From assembly GCA_030647205.1 (NCBI GenBank), contig JAUSJO010000003.1:10602-74601 (forward strand): a DNA stretch of 64,000 nucleotides. The letters are read 5' to 3'. Below, in pieces: positions 9,587 through 19,520 of the stretch. Each line of letters opens with the position of its first letter. The first letter of the stretch is position 1. This DNA comes from a bacterium (GTDB lineage Bacteria > Patescibacteriota > CPR2 > UBA1875 > JAJYID01). The notes under the pieces are model-generated. The model saw only the letters and a program-made list of their open reading frames with translations, was not told where the DNA came from and did not search any database. The position numbers were made by a program, and so were the translations under genes.

Positions 9587-12271
9587 CTAAGAGTTTTTGC
9601 CGCAGCACTTCTTATATTTTTTACCGGAACCGCAAGGACAGGGGTCATTTCGGCCGACTTTAGTCTTTTTTAGAACAGTTTGGTTTTTTTCTGCTTGGCT
9701 GCCTGACTCTCTGCGCATTATAGACGCATTCTGAGATTTCTCTGGCGCGCCTGATTCTACGGCATTTTCTGCGGCTTTGGTTAATCTAGATTCTTGTTCT
9801 CTGGGTGCTTCGGCCGGTTGAATTCTTATTTTAAATATCATATTTACTATTTCGCTTCGTATGCCTGCTAAAAATTGCTGGAACATGCCATAAGATTCTT
9901 TTTTATACTCGACAAGCGGCTCCATTTGACCATAAGCTCTGAGTCCGATGCCTTCTCTCAAGCGGTCAATCGCATCAAGATGATCTATCCAAAGAGTGTC
10001 GATGATGTGGAGATAGACAGATCTTTCAATACTTCGCATTATTTCCGGTGTGAACTCTTTTTCCCGTGCTTCGTACTGTTTCTCCATGTATTTTACTGCC
10101 ACTCCAATGATTTCTTCCGGAGTTTCTTTTTTGATGTTATCTTTGAATTTATTATCAGTGGGGACGATGGCATCAAACGTTTTAATAAAGTTATCATAGT
10201 CAAACTCTTCTGTTTGAGCATTGACGTTCTCTGTAACCAAAAACTCTGCTGATTGGCTTAAGTAGTCGAGTATCTCAGTTTTTACGTCATGATCGCCAAG
10301 TATCATTCGCCTTTTTCCGTAAACATATTCGCGTTGTTTATTCATCACATCATCATATTCAACTAAATGTTTTCTGATGTCGAAGTTATTGCCTTCCACT
10401 TTTCTCTGGGCGCTTTCCAGGGATTTTGAAATCATGCCATGTTGGATAGGTTGGTCGTCGGGAAGTCCTAGTTTTTGCATGACAGAACCGATTCTTTCAG
10501 AACCGAATATCCTCATCAGGTCATCTTCAAGTGATACGTAGAACTGGGTAGATCCGGGGTCGCCTTGTCTTCCGCAACGTCCTCGGAGCTGATTGTCAAT
10601 ACGTCTCGCTTCGTGTCTTTCACTGCCGATAACGTGAAGTCCGCCAAACTTTGTCACGCCATCACCAAGGACGATGTCAGTTCCACGACCAGCCATGTTT
10701 GTTGCAACCGTAACAGTACCTTTCTGACCGGCTTGAGATATAATGAGCGCTTCTTTTTCGTGGAATTTAGCGTTTAGAACACTATGCTTCACGCCATTTC
10801 TTTTTAGCATATCTGAAAGAAGCTCATTTCTTTCAATAGAAACAGTACCGATCAAAACCGGCTGGCCTTTTTCACTTCTTTCTTTCACGTCTTGGACAAT
10901 TGCTCTAAACTTTGCTAGCTCTGTTTTGTAAATAACATCGTTTAAGTCTTTTCTGACATTTGGCATGTTTGTTGGGATTATTAGAACATCAAGGCTATAA
11001 ATTTTGTGGAACTCTTCAGCTTCAGTCTCAGCGGTACCGGTCATACCGGATAGTTTTGTATAAAGTCGGAAATAGTTTTGGAAAGATATTGTAGCGAGCG
11101 TCAGAGACTCTCTTTTTATCTCAACGCTTTCTTTGGCCTCTATCGCTTGATGCAGTCCTTCAGAATATCTTCGCCCGAGCATCAAACGGCCGGTGAACTC
11201 GTCAACTATTATCACTTCCCCGTCTTTGACTACGTAATCTCGGTCTTTTTTGAAAAGTGCCACAGCCTTTAAAGATTGCTCAATGTGGTGAACGGTTTCG
11301 ATACCGCCTTCTTCATAAACATTGTTCATCCCGAGCATTCTCTCCATTTCGGCGATGCCCTCATCGGTCAGGCTGACGGCTTTTTGTTTTTCATCAATAA
11401 CATAATCTTTATCTTTTTTTAGTTTTTCGGCAAGTTCGGCAAACTGATAATATTTTCCGGTTGATTCCTCGGCTGGTGCGGAGATTATTAGCGGAGTTCT
11501 TGCCTCGTCTATCAAAATAGAGTCAACTTCATCAACAACTGCGAAGTTTAGACCGCGTTGCACCATCTGATCCAAAGACTGAACCATGTTGTCGCGTAGA
11601 TAATCGAACCCGAACTCATTGTTTGTTCCGTATGTTATGTCGGCAGCATATGCTTCCTTCCTCGTGACGGGTCGCATATGTTTGGTTTTTTCATCGAGTG
11701 CATTTTCATCCTCAAATTTTTCATCATAGAGAAATGCCTCGTCGTGGATGATGACGCCAACGCTCAGGCCCAGTCCGTTATAAACGGCGCCCATCCAACC
11801 GGCATCACGTTTTGATAGGTAATCATTTACGGTGACAACGTGAACCCCGAGACCTGTTAGTGCATTTAGCGTAGCGGCAAGGGTTGCGACCAAGGTTTTT
11901 CCTTCACCGGTTTTCATCTCAGATATTTTTCCGGAGTGAAGAACATATCCGCCGATAAGCTGGACATCGAAGTGTCGCATCTTTAGTCTTCTTTTTGACA
12001 CTTCGCGGACAAGCGCGAAAACTTCAGGTAGGTGTGGCTCTAGGATATCGTTAATTTTTTTATTTGCCGTTTTCTTCTCGGTATCTTCGGGGATTTCTTT
12101 TTCTATTTTCTTGGTGATTTTTTCACGGATTTCTTGAATCCGCGTTTTGATTTTGGCATCACTTAACTTTGACACACTTTCTTCAAGCGAGTTTACTTTT
12201 TCCACAACGGGCTGGATTTTCTTTATTTCTTTCTCATTCGGGTCACCGAATATTTTTTTTAAAATAGGCAT
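9587..12271 (-). CDS. secA: preprotein translocase ATPase SecA
   Basis: 894 aa with DEAD-like motor motifs, preprotein cross-linking domain, and the C-terminal zinc-binding tail [14 protein letters not shown]. Confidence 0.97.
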   Translation of the reverse strand: MPILKKIFGDPNEKEIKKIQPVVEKVNSLEESVSKLSDAKIKTRIQEIREKITKKIEKEIPEDTEKKTANKKINDILEPHLPEVFALVREVSKRRLKMRHFDVQLIGGYVLHSGKISEMKTGEGKTLVATLAATLNALTGLGVHVVTVNDYLSKRDAGWMGAVYNGLGLSVGVIIHDEAFLYDEKFEDENALDEKTKHMRPVTRKEAYAADITYGTNNEFGFDYLRDNMVQSLDQMVQRGLNFAVVDEVDSILIDEARTPLIISAPAEESTGKYYQFAELAEKLKKDKDYVIDEKQKAVSLTDEGIAEMERMLGMNNVYEEGGIETVHHIEQSLKAVALFKKDRDYVVKDGEVIIVDEFTGRLMLGRRYSEGLHQAIEAKESVEIKRESLTLATISFQNYFRLYTKLSGMTGTAETEAEEFHKIYSLDVLIIPTNMPNVRKDLNDVIYKTELAKFRAIVQDVKERSEKGQPVLIGTVSIERNELLSDMLKRNGVKHSVLNAKFHEKEALIISQAGQKGTVTVATNMAGRGTDIVLGDGVTKFGGLHVIGSERHEARRIDNQLRGRCGRQGDPGSTQFYVSLEDDLMRIFGSERIGSVMQKLGLPDDQPIQHGMISKSLESAQRKVEGNNFDIRKHLVEYDDVMNKQREYVYGKRRMILGDHDVKTEILDYLSQSAEFLVTENVNAQTEEFDYDNFIKTFDAIVPTDNKFKDNIKKETPEEIIGVAVKYMEKQYEAREKEFTPEIMRSIERSVYLHIIDTLWIDHLDAIDRLREGIGLRAYGQMEPLVEYKKESYGMFQQFLAGIRSEIVNMIFKIRIQPAEAPREQESRLTKAAENAVESGAPEKSQNASIMRRESGSQAEKNQTVLKKTKVGRNDPCPCGSGKKYKKCCGKNS

Positions 12272-12292
12272 AAATTGTATTCAATTTCCTCT

Positions 12293-12363
12293 GTCATTCT
12301 GAAACAAGATTTCAGAATCTATTTAAGTAATGCTGGATTCCGGATCGAGTCCGGAATGACAAA
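12293..12363. repeat. MITE/REP-like element copy E2 (full length, double hairpin)
   Basis: TGTCATTCTGAAA-caag-TTTCAGAAT ... GATTCCGGA-tcgag-TCCGGAATGACAAA. The outer termini GTCATTC/GAATGAC are inverted. It fills the hpf-secA intergenic region. Confidence 0.6.
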
Positions 12364-12369
12364 ATATAA

Positions 12370-12723
12370 TTAACCGCGCCTGAACAGTCGTCTTACGGCA
12401 TCTTTGCTTTTTGACAGTCTGCTTTTCTTGCTAGATTTCTTTTTATTTTCTCTTAACTCTCTTGAGGCTTTTCTTTCCATCTCATCAATGGCGGCAAAAA
12501 CATTTTTGCCTTCACCTTTTACTGCAATATCTTTACCTGGGATTTTTACCAAAACCTTTGCTACGCCTGCTCTATCTTCTGTCTTGTTGTGGTCTTCTTC
12601 TAGTGCAAGGTCTACATGAAGAATATCTATTCCATATTTTGAAAACTTTGCCACCTTCTCCTCGGCGTATGATTTAACTTCTTTTGTTATAACTGTTTCA
12701 ACTCCCCTGATATCGACTTGCAT
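12370..12723 (-). CDS. hpf: ribosome hibernation-promoting factor (RaiA/YfiA family)
   Basis: 117 aa. MQVDIRGVETVITKEVKSYAEEKVAKFSKYG...VKIPGKDIAVKGEGKNVFAAIDEM matches the sigma-54 modulation protein / S30EA fold, and it has a basic tail. Confidence 0.85.
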   Translation of the reverse strand: MQVDIRGVETVITKEVKSYAEEKVAKFSKYGIDILHVDLALEEDHNKTEDRAGVAKVLVKIPGKDIAVKGEGKNVFAAIDEMERKASRELRENKKKSSKKSRLSKSKDAVRRLFRRG

Positions 12724-12749
12724 ATTTTACCATCCTTTCTTTATCGTTT

Positions 12750-12797
12750 GTCATCCTGAGGCACGAAGGATCTAGATTCTTCCTTTGTCAGAATGAC
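12750..12797. repeat. MITE/REP-like element copy E3
   Basis: GTCATCCTGAGGCACGAAGGATCTAGATTCTTCCTTTGTCAGAATGAC. It is the reverse complement of E1 over ~55 nt and has the same GTCATCC...GAATGAC termini. Sits between the serS stop and the hpf start. Confidence 0.6.
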
Positions 12798-12809
12798 GGT
12801 AATTATGTA

Positions 12810-14132
12810 TTATTTCTTACGTTTAATTTCTTTAACCCCACCCATGTATTTCTGTAAAACTTCCGGTATCTTCACGCTGCCATCTTTCTGCTGGTAGTTT
12901 TCTAGAATTGCAATGAAGATCCTCGGTGACGGTAGGGCTGTATTGTTAAGCATGTATGCGTGTTTCTTTTTACCATCTTTGTCAGTATATTTCACATTTA
13001 AACGTCTTGCTTGCCAGTCAAAGAAAATGCTGGCAGAACCGGTCTCGCCCCAACGCTCAAGTCCCGGAAGCCAAGCTTCTAAGTCATACTGCCTATATTT
13101 CCCTGCGCTCAAGTCTCCGGTACAAATAATTATTTGTCTGCATGGGAGTCCAAGCTCTTCATGCATCTCTTTGGAAATATCAATCATTTCTTCTTGGAGT
13201 TTCTCAGAAAGCTTAACATCGGCAGGAGCAATCACAACTTGCTCTACCTTCATGAACTCATGTACTCTGTAGATTCCCTTTGTATCTTTTCCGTAACTGC
13301 CGATTTCACTGCGGTAGCACTGGCTATATCCACAGAGCTTAATGGGCAGCTGGTTTTCGTTTAGTGTTTCTCCTGAATAGTACGCAAGCAGTGATGGCTC
13401 GGCCGTACCAACCAAAAATTTCTTTTCTTTGCTTTTAGTCCCATCGGACTTTTTGTCTGGAGTTGCCACTTCGTATATTTCGTCTATTTCCGGGTTATAG
13501 TTAAGGCCTTTGAAATAACCGCTTCCAAAAAGAGCAAATTCTTTCACTAGTGTTGGTACGATCATTGGAGCGTAGCCCTTCTGGATCATTTTATCAATGG
13601 CGTACATCATAAAACCCATCATTAGAGAAACGCCTTCATTTTTCACGTAGTAACCGCGGTATCCGGCAACTTTAGCTCCCCTTTCCACGTCTAAGATATC
13701 AAGATCACTGCCAATCTCAATATGTGTTTTTGGCTTGAAGTCAAACTGAGGAATATTCCCCCACTTGGCGATCTCTTTATTGTCCTTATCATTTTTGCCG
13801 ATAGGAGTGTCATCAGAGGGAATAATTGGGACTAGTACCATAAGGGCGTCAAACTGCCGTTTTAACTCTTTATAGTTTTGTTCAGCTTTAAAAAGTTTTT
13901 CTTTTATGTCTTTTCCTGATTTGAGGACTTCGTCACGTTCTTTTGCAGATGCCTTTTGGATTTTTCCGTTTAACTTATTTTTTTCGGCTTGAAGTTCTTC
14001 TACTTGTTGGAGAGCTTCCACTCTTTTTTTATCAATCTCCAGCAGCTTATTGATATCAAGATCAATCCCTTTATTTTTGGCTGTTTCTAGGAGTTTTTCT
14101 TTATTTTCGCGGATGTATTTTATATCTAACAT
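12810..14132 (-). CDS. serS: seryl-tRNA synthetase
   Basis: Start set at MLDIKYIRENKEKL, the canonical SerRS N-terminus, with its N-terminal coiled coil and class II motifs. The ORF-track GTG start at 14180 lies inside an upstream hairpin. Confidence 0.95.
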   Translation of the reverse strand: MLDIKYIRENKEKLLETAKNKGIDLDINKLLEIDKKRVEALQQVEELQAEKNKLNGKIQKASAKERDEVLKSGKDIKEKLFKAEQNYKELKRQFDALMVLVPIIPSDDTPIGKNDKDNKEIAKWGNIPQFDFKPKTHIEIGSDLDILDVERGAKVAGYRGYYVKNEGVSLMMGFMMYAIDKMIQKGYAPMIVPTLVKEFALFGSGYFKGLNYNPEIDEIYEVATPDKKSDGTKSKEKKFLVGTAEPSLLAYYSGETLNENQLPIKLCGYSQCYRSEIGSYGKDTKGIYRVHEFMKVEQVVIAPADVKLSEKLQEEMIDISKEMHEELGLPCRQIIICTGDLSAGKYRQYDLEAWLPGLERWGETGSASIFFDWQARRLNVKYTDKDGKKKHAYMLNNTALPSPRIFIAILENYQQKDGSVKIPEVLQKYMGGVKEIKRKK

Positions 14133-14139
14133 AGAAGAA

Positions 14140-14168
14140 ATTATAGTATATTTAACCTGTAAATACAA
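14140..14168 (-). promoter_or_regulatory. sigma70-like promoter giving a leaderless or near-leaderless serS transcript
   Basis: Minus strand TTGTAT-17 nt-TATAAT, with the -10 ending 7 nt before the serS ATG. No SD sequence lies between them. Confidence 0.45.
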
Positions 14169-14194
14169 TGAAGACGGCACTTGCGCCGTCTTCT

Positions 14195-14300
14195 TGCCTC
14201 GAGAGATGATTGCTAGGAAGCCTTGTTGTAGGCTCCCTTGAACCCCAGACTCGCCCTCCAGGGACGTTGGGACGTGTACCCTCTCCTTGCTGGAGTCAAG
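14195..14300. other. GC-rich (~60%) structured noncoding island, candidate small RNA (strand unknown)
   Basis: In a ~37% GC genome it carries CTCCAG...CTGGAG pairing, a tandem GGGACGT repeat and a GGGAGCC/GGCTTCC stem. It lies between the 14403-14426 terminator and the serS promoter. No T-box, tRNA, SRP or RNase P motif recognised. Confidence 0.3.
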
Positions 14301-14402
14301 TCTAATATAGGCTTAATCCGCTAAAATTTCATTGGCTAAAATACCTAACAAAAACGCTTAATTTTTGGCAATTTATAGTTGATTTTATATAGAAAAAAGT
14401 AA

Positions 14403-14426
14403 GGGGCGGCTCTTAAAGAGCCGCCC
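14403..14426 (-). terminator. Rho-independent terminator of the 14461-14706 gene
   Basis: GGGGCGGCTCTT-aa-AGAGCCGCCC perfect 10-bp stem. On the minus strand it is followed by CTTACTTTTTTCT. Confidence 0.7.
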
Positions 14427-14460
14427 GATGTCGGGTTCCCTACCTGCACGGAGGGAATCT

Positions 14461-14706
14461 TTATTGCATAATTGGTTGAGTGTGGGGCGATTTCTTCCAA
14501 CGTTCCGTGTGGCGACCTTCTACGAGAAAAAATAAAATGCTGACTCCCATAAACATAAAACCATCCAGGAAAAGCTGTGATGAGATGAATCTAGGTACAA
14601 AGGGAGTTCCTTGAATGCCCAAAAACCACCAAGTTCCTACGACACCAAGGATGATGCCAACTATAAACATTGGAATCTCCCATTTTCTGATTAGGAACCT
14701 AATCAT
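14461..14706 (-). CDS. small two-TM membrane protein (hypothetical)
   Basis: 81 aa with two hydrophobic helices, followed by a strong terminator. Confidence 0.45.
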   Translation of the reverse strand: MIRFLIRKWEIPMFIVGIILGVVGTWWFLGIQGTPFVPRFISSQLFLDGFMFMGVSILFFLVEGRHTERWKKSPHTQPIMQ

Positions 14707-14819
14707 ATAATCATCTCCTTATGTACAAGGTGCGCTTTTTAAAATAAAAAACGAAGGCAAACCCTCGACAAACTAATTATAGGTTAACGTAATAATTAGT
14801 TCAACCTAAAAGTTTTGGT

Positions 14820-16277
14820 CTATTTTTCGGGCTTCATTATTGGGAAAGTGATAATTTCGCGCATTACAGCAGAGTCTGTGAGTAACATTGATAATCTCTC
14901 AATCCCAATCCCGTTTCCGGCGATTGGCGGCATGCCGTATTCCATAGCTTCGACAAAGTGGTCGTCAGCTCGCATCGCTTCTTCATCGCCTTTGCTTGAA
15001 AGTCTTTTTTGTTCGTCAAATCTCTCTCTTTGATCCTGTGGGTTATTTAGTTCAGAGTATCCCTTGCAAAGCTCTTCTCCCCATACCAGAAGTTGTAACT
15101 GTTGGACTTTATCAGTACTTTCGGTAGACCTTTTTGCTAAAGGAGAAACATCTATTGGGTGGTCAATAAGGAAAGTTGGCTGAACAAGATTTGGTCTTGC
15201 AACTTCTTTGTAGTAGTCATCGATCAGCTTTCCTCTGCCTGCTTTAGGGTCGACTTTGAATTTTCTTTTTGTAAGCTCCTTGGCAAACTCGTCTCTGGTC
15301 GGATATTTATCAATATCAATTTTTGCATACTTTTGCATCACTTCTCTAAAAGTTACAACCGGATATGGTGGTTTGAAGTTTAGTTTTTGTCCTTGATAGG
15401 TGATTTCATAGCTCCCGCATATTTCTTTTACGAGAGAAGAAATCATTTTTTCGGTAATTTTCATCTGATCTTTATAGTCGGCATATGCCCAGTAAAACTC
15501 GCAGTTTGTAAACTCAGGATTGTGTGCCTTATCAACACCTTCATTACGAAAACCCTGACCGATTTCAAATGTCTTTTCAAACCCGCCGATCATCATCATT
15601 TTTTGCCAGAGTTCGCCGATACAAATGCGCATATATACATCCATATTATAGGCGTTCAGATGCGTTTTAAACGGCTTTGCAACCGCACCGGAAGGAGTAA
15701 GCTCTAGATATGGTGTAAAGACTTCTTGGAATCCCTCAGCTTTTAGAAAGTTTCGCATAAAATCAATAATTTTAGATTTAGTGATTATTTTATTCCTAGA
15801 CTCTTCATTTGTGAGAAAGTCCAAATACCTTTTTCTATATCTTGTCTCGACATCTTTAAGCCCGTGCCATTTTTCAGGAAGCGGTTTCATGGCTTTTGAG
15901 AGGAATTTCCAGTCTGTAACTTCTATAGATTCTTCCCCGGCCTTAGTTTTGAAAACCTTTCCAGTCATCTGGATGAAGTCGCCCATGTCGACACATTTAA
16001 GCAGATCATAGTTTTTGGGTAAATTATCAAATCTAAAGAAGCCTTGGGCTTGCCCTGAAACATCCTGAATATTAGCAAAGAGAATTTTGCCGTGTCCGCG
16101 TTTTGTCATAACCCGGCCGACTACTGTGACCTTTTTCCCTTCAAGTTTTTTATAGTCATCTTTTACCTCATTACAAAAGTTAGTCCTCTCGCCTTTTGCC
16201 GGGTAAGGATCGACTCCCGCATCAACTAGCTTTTTCAGATTTTCTTTTCGTTGGTTTATAAAAATGTCTTCTGCCAT
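14820..16277 (-). CDS. lysS: lysyl-tRNA synthetase, class II
   Basis: 485 aa with an N-terminal OB anticodon-binding domain and class II motifs 1-3 (FRNEG, GGFEKTFEIGQ, GIGIERL). Confidence 0.95.
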   Translation of the reverse strand: MAEDIFINQRKENLKKLVDAGVDPYPAKGERTNFCNEVKDDYKKLEGKKVTVVGRVMTKRGHGKILFANIQDVSGQAQGFFRFDNLPKNYDLLKCVDMGDFIQMTGKVFKTKAGEESIEVTDWKFLSKAMKPLPEKWHGLKDVETRYRKRYLDFLTNEESRNKIITKSKIIDFMRNFLKAEGFQEVFTPYLELTPSGAVAKPFKTHLNAYNMDVYMRICIGELWQKMMMIGGFEKTFEIGQGFRNEGVDKAHNPEFTNCEFYWAYADYKDQMKITEKMISSLVKEICGSYEITYQGQKLNFKPPYPVVTFREVMQKYAKIDIDKYPTRDEFAKELTKRKFKVDPKAGRGKLIDDYYKEVARPNLVQPTFLIDHPIDVSPLAKRSTESTDKVQQLQLLVWGEELCKGYSELNNPQDQRERFDEQKRLSSKGDEEAMRADDHFVEAMEYGMPPIAGNGIGIERLSMLLTDSAVMREIITFPIMKPEK

Positions 16278-16330
16278 AAGTTTTTCTCCTAACTTTTCAA
16301 ATTATAGTTTAAGTAGCTATAAAAAGCAAA

Positions 16331-16359
16331 AAGTCTCCCGTTCTTTTGGGAGACTTTTT
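16331..16359 (-). terminator. bidirectional Rho-independent terminator downstream of greA
   Basis: AAGTCTCCC-gttctttt-GGGAGACTT, with an A-run on one side and a T-run on the other. Confidence 0.7.
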
Positions 16360-16378
16360 GCTTAAAGTTGAATCGAAT

Positions 16379-16846
16379 TTATTTTATGTCTTTAATCTTG
16401 TACTTCATTTCTCCTGCCGGAACCTTTACGCTTACTTCCTCGCCTTTTTTCTTACCTAAAAGTGCCTCACCTATGGGAGACTCATTTGAAATAAGACCCT
16501 GTTCAGGATCTGCTTCGTATGATCCGACTATTCTAAACTTTGCTTCGCCGCCTTCAAGAGCAACAACTACGGTGTGGCCGACACAAACTTGGTCGGTTGT
16601 TTTGCAAGCAATATCTTCTATAATCTTTGCGTTCTTTAAAATATGCTCTACTTCAGAAATTCGTCCTTCCATGAAAGCTTGTTCATTTTTTGCATCATCA
16701 TATTCGCTGTTTTCAGATAAATCACCAAACTCTTTGGCTGTTTTTATCCTTGTTGCAACTTCTCTTTTTTTCGTTGTCTTTAGTTCATTCATTTCCTCTT
16801 GTAGCTTTTTTAAGCCTTCTTTCGAGAGGTATATTTCCTTGTCCAT
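16379..16846 (-). CDS. greA: transcription elongation factor GreA
   Basis: 155 aa with an N-terminal coiled coil, the acidic tip ([12 protein letters not shown]) and a C-terminal FKBP-like domain. Confidence 0.9.
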   Translation of the reverse strand: MDKEIYLSKEGLKKLQEEMNELKTTKKREVATRIKTAKEFGDLSENSEYDDAKNEQAFMEGRISEVEHILKNAKIIEDIACKTTDQVCVGHTVVVALEGGEAKFRIVGSYEADPEQGLISNESPIGEALLGKKKGEEVSVKVPAGEMKYKIKDIK

Positions 16847-16990
16847 GTCTATCTCCTTTCATATTTTCCAGGCGAATTTAGAGTGAAAAAAATAAGCCCT
16901 TTGGGGGTTTAGATACTAATTTAAAACATTACTGTATGTGTAATATGTTGTAAGAGTATAGTTGATACCCATACCCGTGTCAATATTTTT

Positions 16991-18376
16991 CTAAAGGCTT
17001 TTTCCGAAAAATTCCTTCAAATCAGTGGTTTTTATTCTTTCCTGCTTCATTGTATCCCGGTCTCTCACGGTAACGGCCTTGTCACTCAAAGTGTCAAAGT
17101 CTATTGTCACGCAATACGGTGTTCCGATCTCATCCTGTCTTCTGTAGCGTTTCCCGATATTTCCATTATCGTCGAACTCGCACATATAATCCTCTTTTAG
17201 CGTATCGAAGATTTCATGGGCTTTCTCCACAAGCTCCGGTTTATTTTTTAAAAGCGGAAATACGGCGATTTTAACCGGTGCGAGATTCTTCGGAAATTTC
17301 ATCACAACGCGGGTTTCGTCTCCTACTTTTTCTTCTGTATAGGCCTCAGTTAGTACTGCAAGTACTGTTCGTCCGATCCCAACTGAAGACTCAATGATAT
17401 GGGGTATGAATTTTTCATTAGTCTTTGGGTTGGTATATGAAAGATCCTTCCCGGAAAATTTGGAATGTTGGGTGAGGTCATAGTCTCCTCTAGCATGTAC
17501 GCCCTCTAGTTCGCTGAAACCAAACGGAAAGTTGTACTCTATGTCGTATGCGGCCTTAGCATAAAATACTAACTTTTCATGTTTGTGCCACTTTAGATTT
17601 TTCTCACTTAATCCTAGCTTTAAATAGTAGTTCCATCTGGCTTTTCTTAGTTCTTCGTACTCCTTCATCTCGTCATCGGGAGAAGTGAAGTATTGCATCT
17701 CCATTTGTTCAAACTCTCGCGTTCGAAAAATGAATTGTCTTGCCGTTATTTCGTTTCGAAAAGCCTTACCAATCTGGGCTATCCCAAAAGGCAACTTTAC
17801 GCGAACGCTATCAACAACATTTTTGAAGTTTACATAAATCCCTTGGCAGGTTTCGCCTCGCAGATATACCGGCGGTTCCTTCGGATCTTCTGTAATGTTT
17901 CCGAGATTAGATTTAACAAGCAGATTGAACTTTTTGCCCTTTGTAAAACTTTTCTTTCCGCAGATTGGGCAAACAATCTTATCAATATTTTTATCAAAGA
18001 CTTTGTTTATCTCTTCTTCGGTCATTTTCTCGTCAGCAGTAACCCCTATTTCTTCAAGCAGGTGGTCGATGCGAAGTCTTGCGTGGCAACTTTTGCACTC
18101 CGTAAGCGGGTCTGAAAAACCGGCGACGTGGCCTGAAGCTTCCCAAATCTTTGGGTTCATGAAAATAGCGCTGTCGAGACCCACTATGTCTTCTCTCAGC
18201 TGAACCATTTCTTTCCACCACTCCTTTTTGACCGCGTTTTCAAGTTCTACACCATATGGTCCGTAGTCGTAAACAGCCTGAAAACCGCCATATATTTCGG
18301 ATGATGGATATACAAAACCGCGCCTTTTGCAAAGCGATACTATTTTTTCCATTTTGTCGTTATTTTTATCTGTCAT
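16991..18376 (-). CDS. glyS: glycyl-tRNA synthetase, alpha2 (archaeal/eukaryotic-like) type
   Basis: 461 aa starting ...RRGFVYPSSEIYGG. Has class II motifs and the C-terminal anticodon-binding domain typical of the dimeric GlyRS form. Confidence 0.93.
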   Translation of the reverse strand: MTDKNNDKMEKIVSLCKRRGFVYPSSEIYGGFQAVYDYGPYGVELENAVKKEWWKEMVQLREDIVGLDSAIFMNPKIWEASGHVAGFSDPLTECKSCHARLRIDHLLEEIGVTADEKMTEEEINKVFDKNIDKIVCPICGKKSFTKGKKFNLLVKSNLGNITEDPKEPPVYLRGETCQGIYVNFKNVVDSVRVKLPFGIAQIGKAFRNEITARQFIFRTREFEQMEMQYFTSPDDEMKEYEELRKARWNYYLKLGLSEKNLKWHKHEKLVFYAKAAYDIEYNFPFGFSELEGVHARGDYDLTQHSKFSGKDLSYTNPKTNEKFIPHIIESSVGIGRTVLAVLTEAYTEEKVGDETRVVMKFPKNLAPVKIAVFPLLKNKPELVEKAHEIFDTLKEDYMCEFDDNGNIGKRYRRQDEIGTPYCVTIDFDTLSDKAVTVRDRDTMKQERIKTTDLKEFFGKSL

Positions 18377-18609
18377 AAACTCTCTAGCGTTTCATCGTAG
18401 TCAATGTCTGTTATCCGCCCCGCATCCTTTAGCCTCTGAAGGTCAAGGATGAAGTCCTGATACACTTTATTATACACGTTATTATCCTCGCCACTTAAAA
18501 CTATCAGCACTTTTCTTGTGGTGACTATCCAGTCTTCGATCTCAGTATCTGTTATGGTTTCGCAATCGATATGTTCTACGTTTTCTTGCGATTCATTTTT
18601 CTTCGGCAT
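18373..18609 (-). CDS. hypothetical acidic protein
   Basis: 78 aa. Its stop overlaps the glyS start (ATGA). No recognisable motif. Confidence 0.35.
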   Translation of the reverse strand: MPKKNESQENVEHIDCETITDTEIEDWIVTTRKVLIVLSGEDNNVYNKVYQDFILDLQRLKDAGRITDIDYDETLESL

Positions 18610-18696
18610 GCAATAGATTTTACCGTTTATACAAGATTATTTCAATGGGTTAATGCTTGTTTTATTAACTCGGGAGTAGCAGGCTCATTATTATAG

Positions 18697-18722
18697 ATTC
18701 CGGATCAAGTCCGGAATGACAA
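18697..18722. repeat. MITE/REP-like element copy E4 (right-half hairpin) within an 87-nt insert flanked by 14-nt direct repeats
   Basis: GATTCCGGA-tcaag-TCCGGAATGACAA is near-identical to the right half of E2. AGATTATTTCAATG occurs at 18634-18647 and 18735-18748, and the second copy contains the recO stop codon. Confidence 0.55.
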
Positions 18723-18737
18723 GAAGGAAGTACGAGA

Positions 18738-19520
18738 TTATTTCAATGCCTTAACATTTTTTATGAATTTGGCGGACTTAAACTCTCTCTGATAAATAAA
18801 ATTTAAATACCCGGTCACTAGGTTCAAAAGCTCTGCGGCGGTTTTGTCGTCAAGGACCACTTTTGAGTATTTATCGATATCATGGTTCTCTATGTATCTC
18901 AGAATTTTTATGGTGTTTTTTGAAAGCTCTACATTGATAATGTCTCCTGAGTTGCACCTTTCACATAAAATACCGCCGGACTCAAGATTGAAAATATTTT
19001 TGCTTGCCTGGATTTCGGGGATTTCCTCGTGGCATTTCGAGCACGAAGTGAGTGACAGGCCATAGCCAAAAAGGACGATTGTCTTGTATAGGTACTCATA
19101 TGCAAGCTCTGGTTTTGCATTCTTGTTTATAAGCTCAAATATTTTAATAGTTTCTGCGAATATGCTCTCGTTTGGCATGTCTGCCGGCAGGAGCTTGTTT
19201 AAAACCTCAGAGATCAAGAAAAGCTGGGATATATTTTTTAGATTACCCGCAGCTTTTTGAAAATGATTTTTGCTTACGACAGACGTCACGATATCAAGAT
19301 TTTTTCCTTTTGCCAGAAAAAAGTCCCCATAAGTAAAAAGCTCTGTTGAACCGGCTAGTTTGGATGAAGACTTGCGGGCGCCCTTTACGACGGCGCGGAC
19401 CTTGCCTTTTTCTAAAGTAAAGATTTCTATAATTCTATCTGTTTCAAAGAAGTTTTTTTTGCCAAGGACAATGCCCGTTACCTTATATGTTTTTGATGAC
19501 AGTCTGGTCAACTTTTGCAC
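18738..19520 (-). CDS. recO: DNA repair protein RecO
   Basis: 260 aa with an N-terminal OB fold (GIVLGKKNFFETDRIIEIFT) and a C-terminal zinc finger (CSKCHEE...CERC). Confidence 0.8.
   Translation of the reverse strand: MQKLTRLSSKTYKVTGIVLGKKNFFETDRIIEIFTLEKGKVRAVVKGARKSSSKLAGSTELFTYGDFFLAKGKNLDIVTSVVSKNHFQKAAGNLKNISQLFLISEVLNKLLPADMPNESIFAETIKIFELINKNAKPELAYEYLYKTIVLFGYGLSLTSCSKCHEEIPEIQASKNIFNLESGGILCERCNSGDIINVELSKNTIKILRYIENHDIDKYSKVVLDDKTAAELLNLVTGYLNFIYQREFKSAKFIKNVKALK

Noticed and set aside
14195-14300. tRNA gene in the GC-rich island
   Set aside because: Neither strand yields a GTTCRANYC T-loop with paired T-stem and acceptor arms. The only GGTTCAAGG string lacks complementary stems.
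14133-14400. T-box riboswitch upstream of serS
   Set aside because: The conserved AGGGTGGNACCGCG T-box sequence and a specifier loop are absent. A good promoter ends only 7 nt before the ATG, leaving no room for a leader of 200 nt or more.
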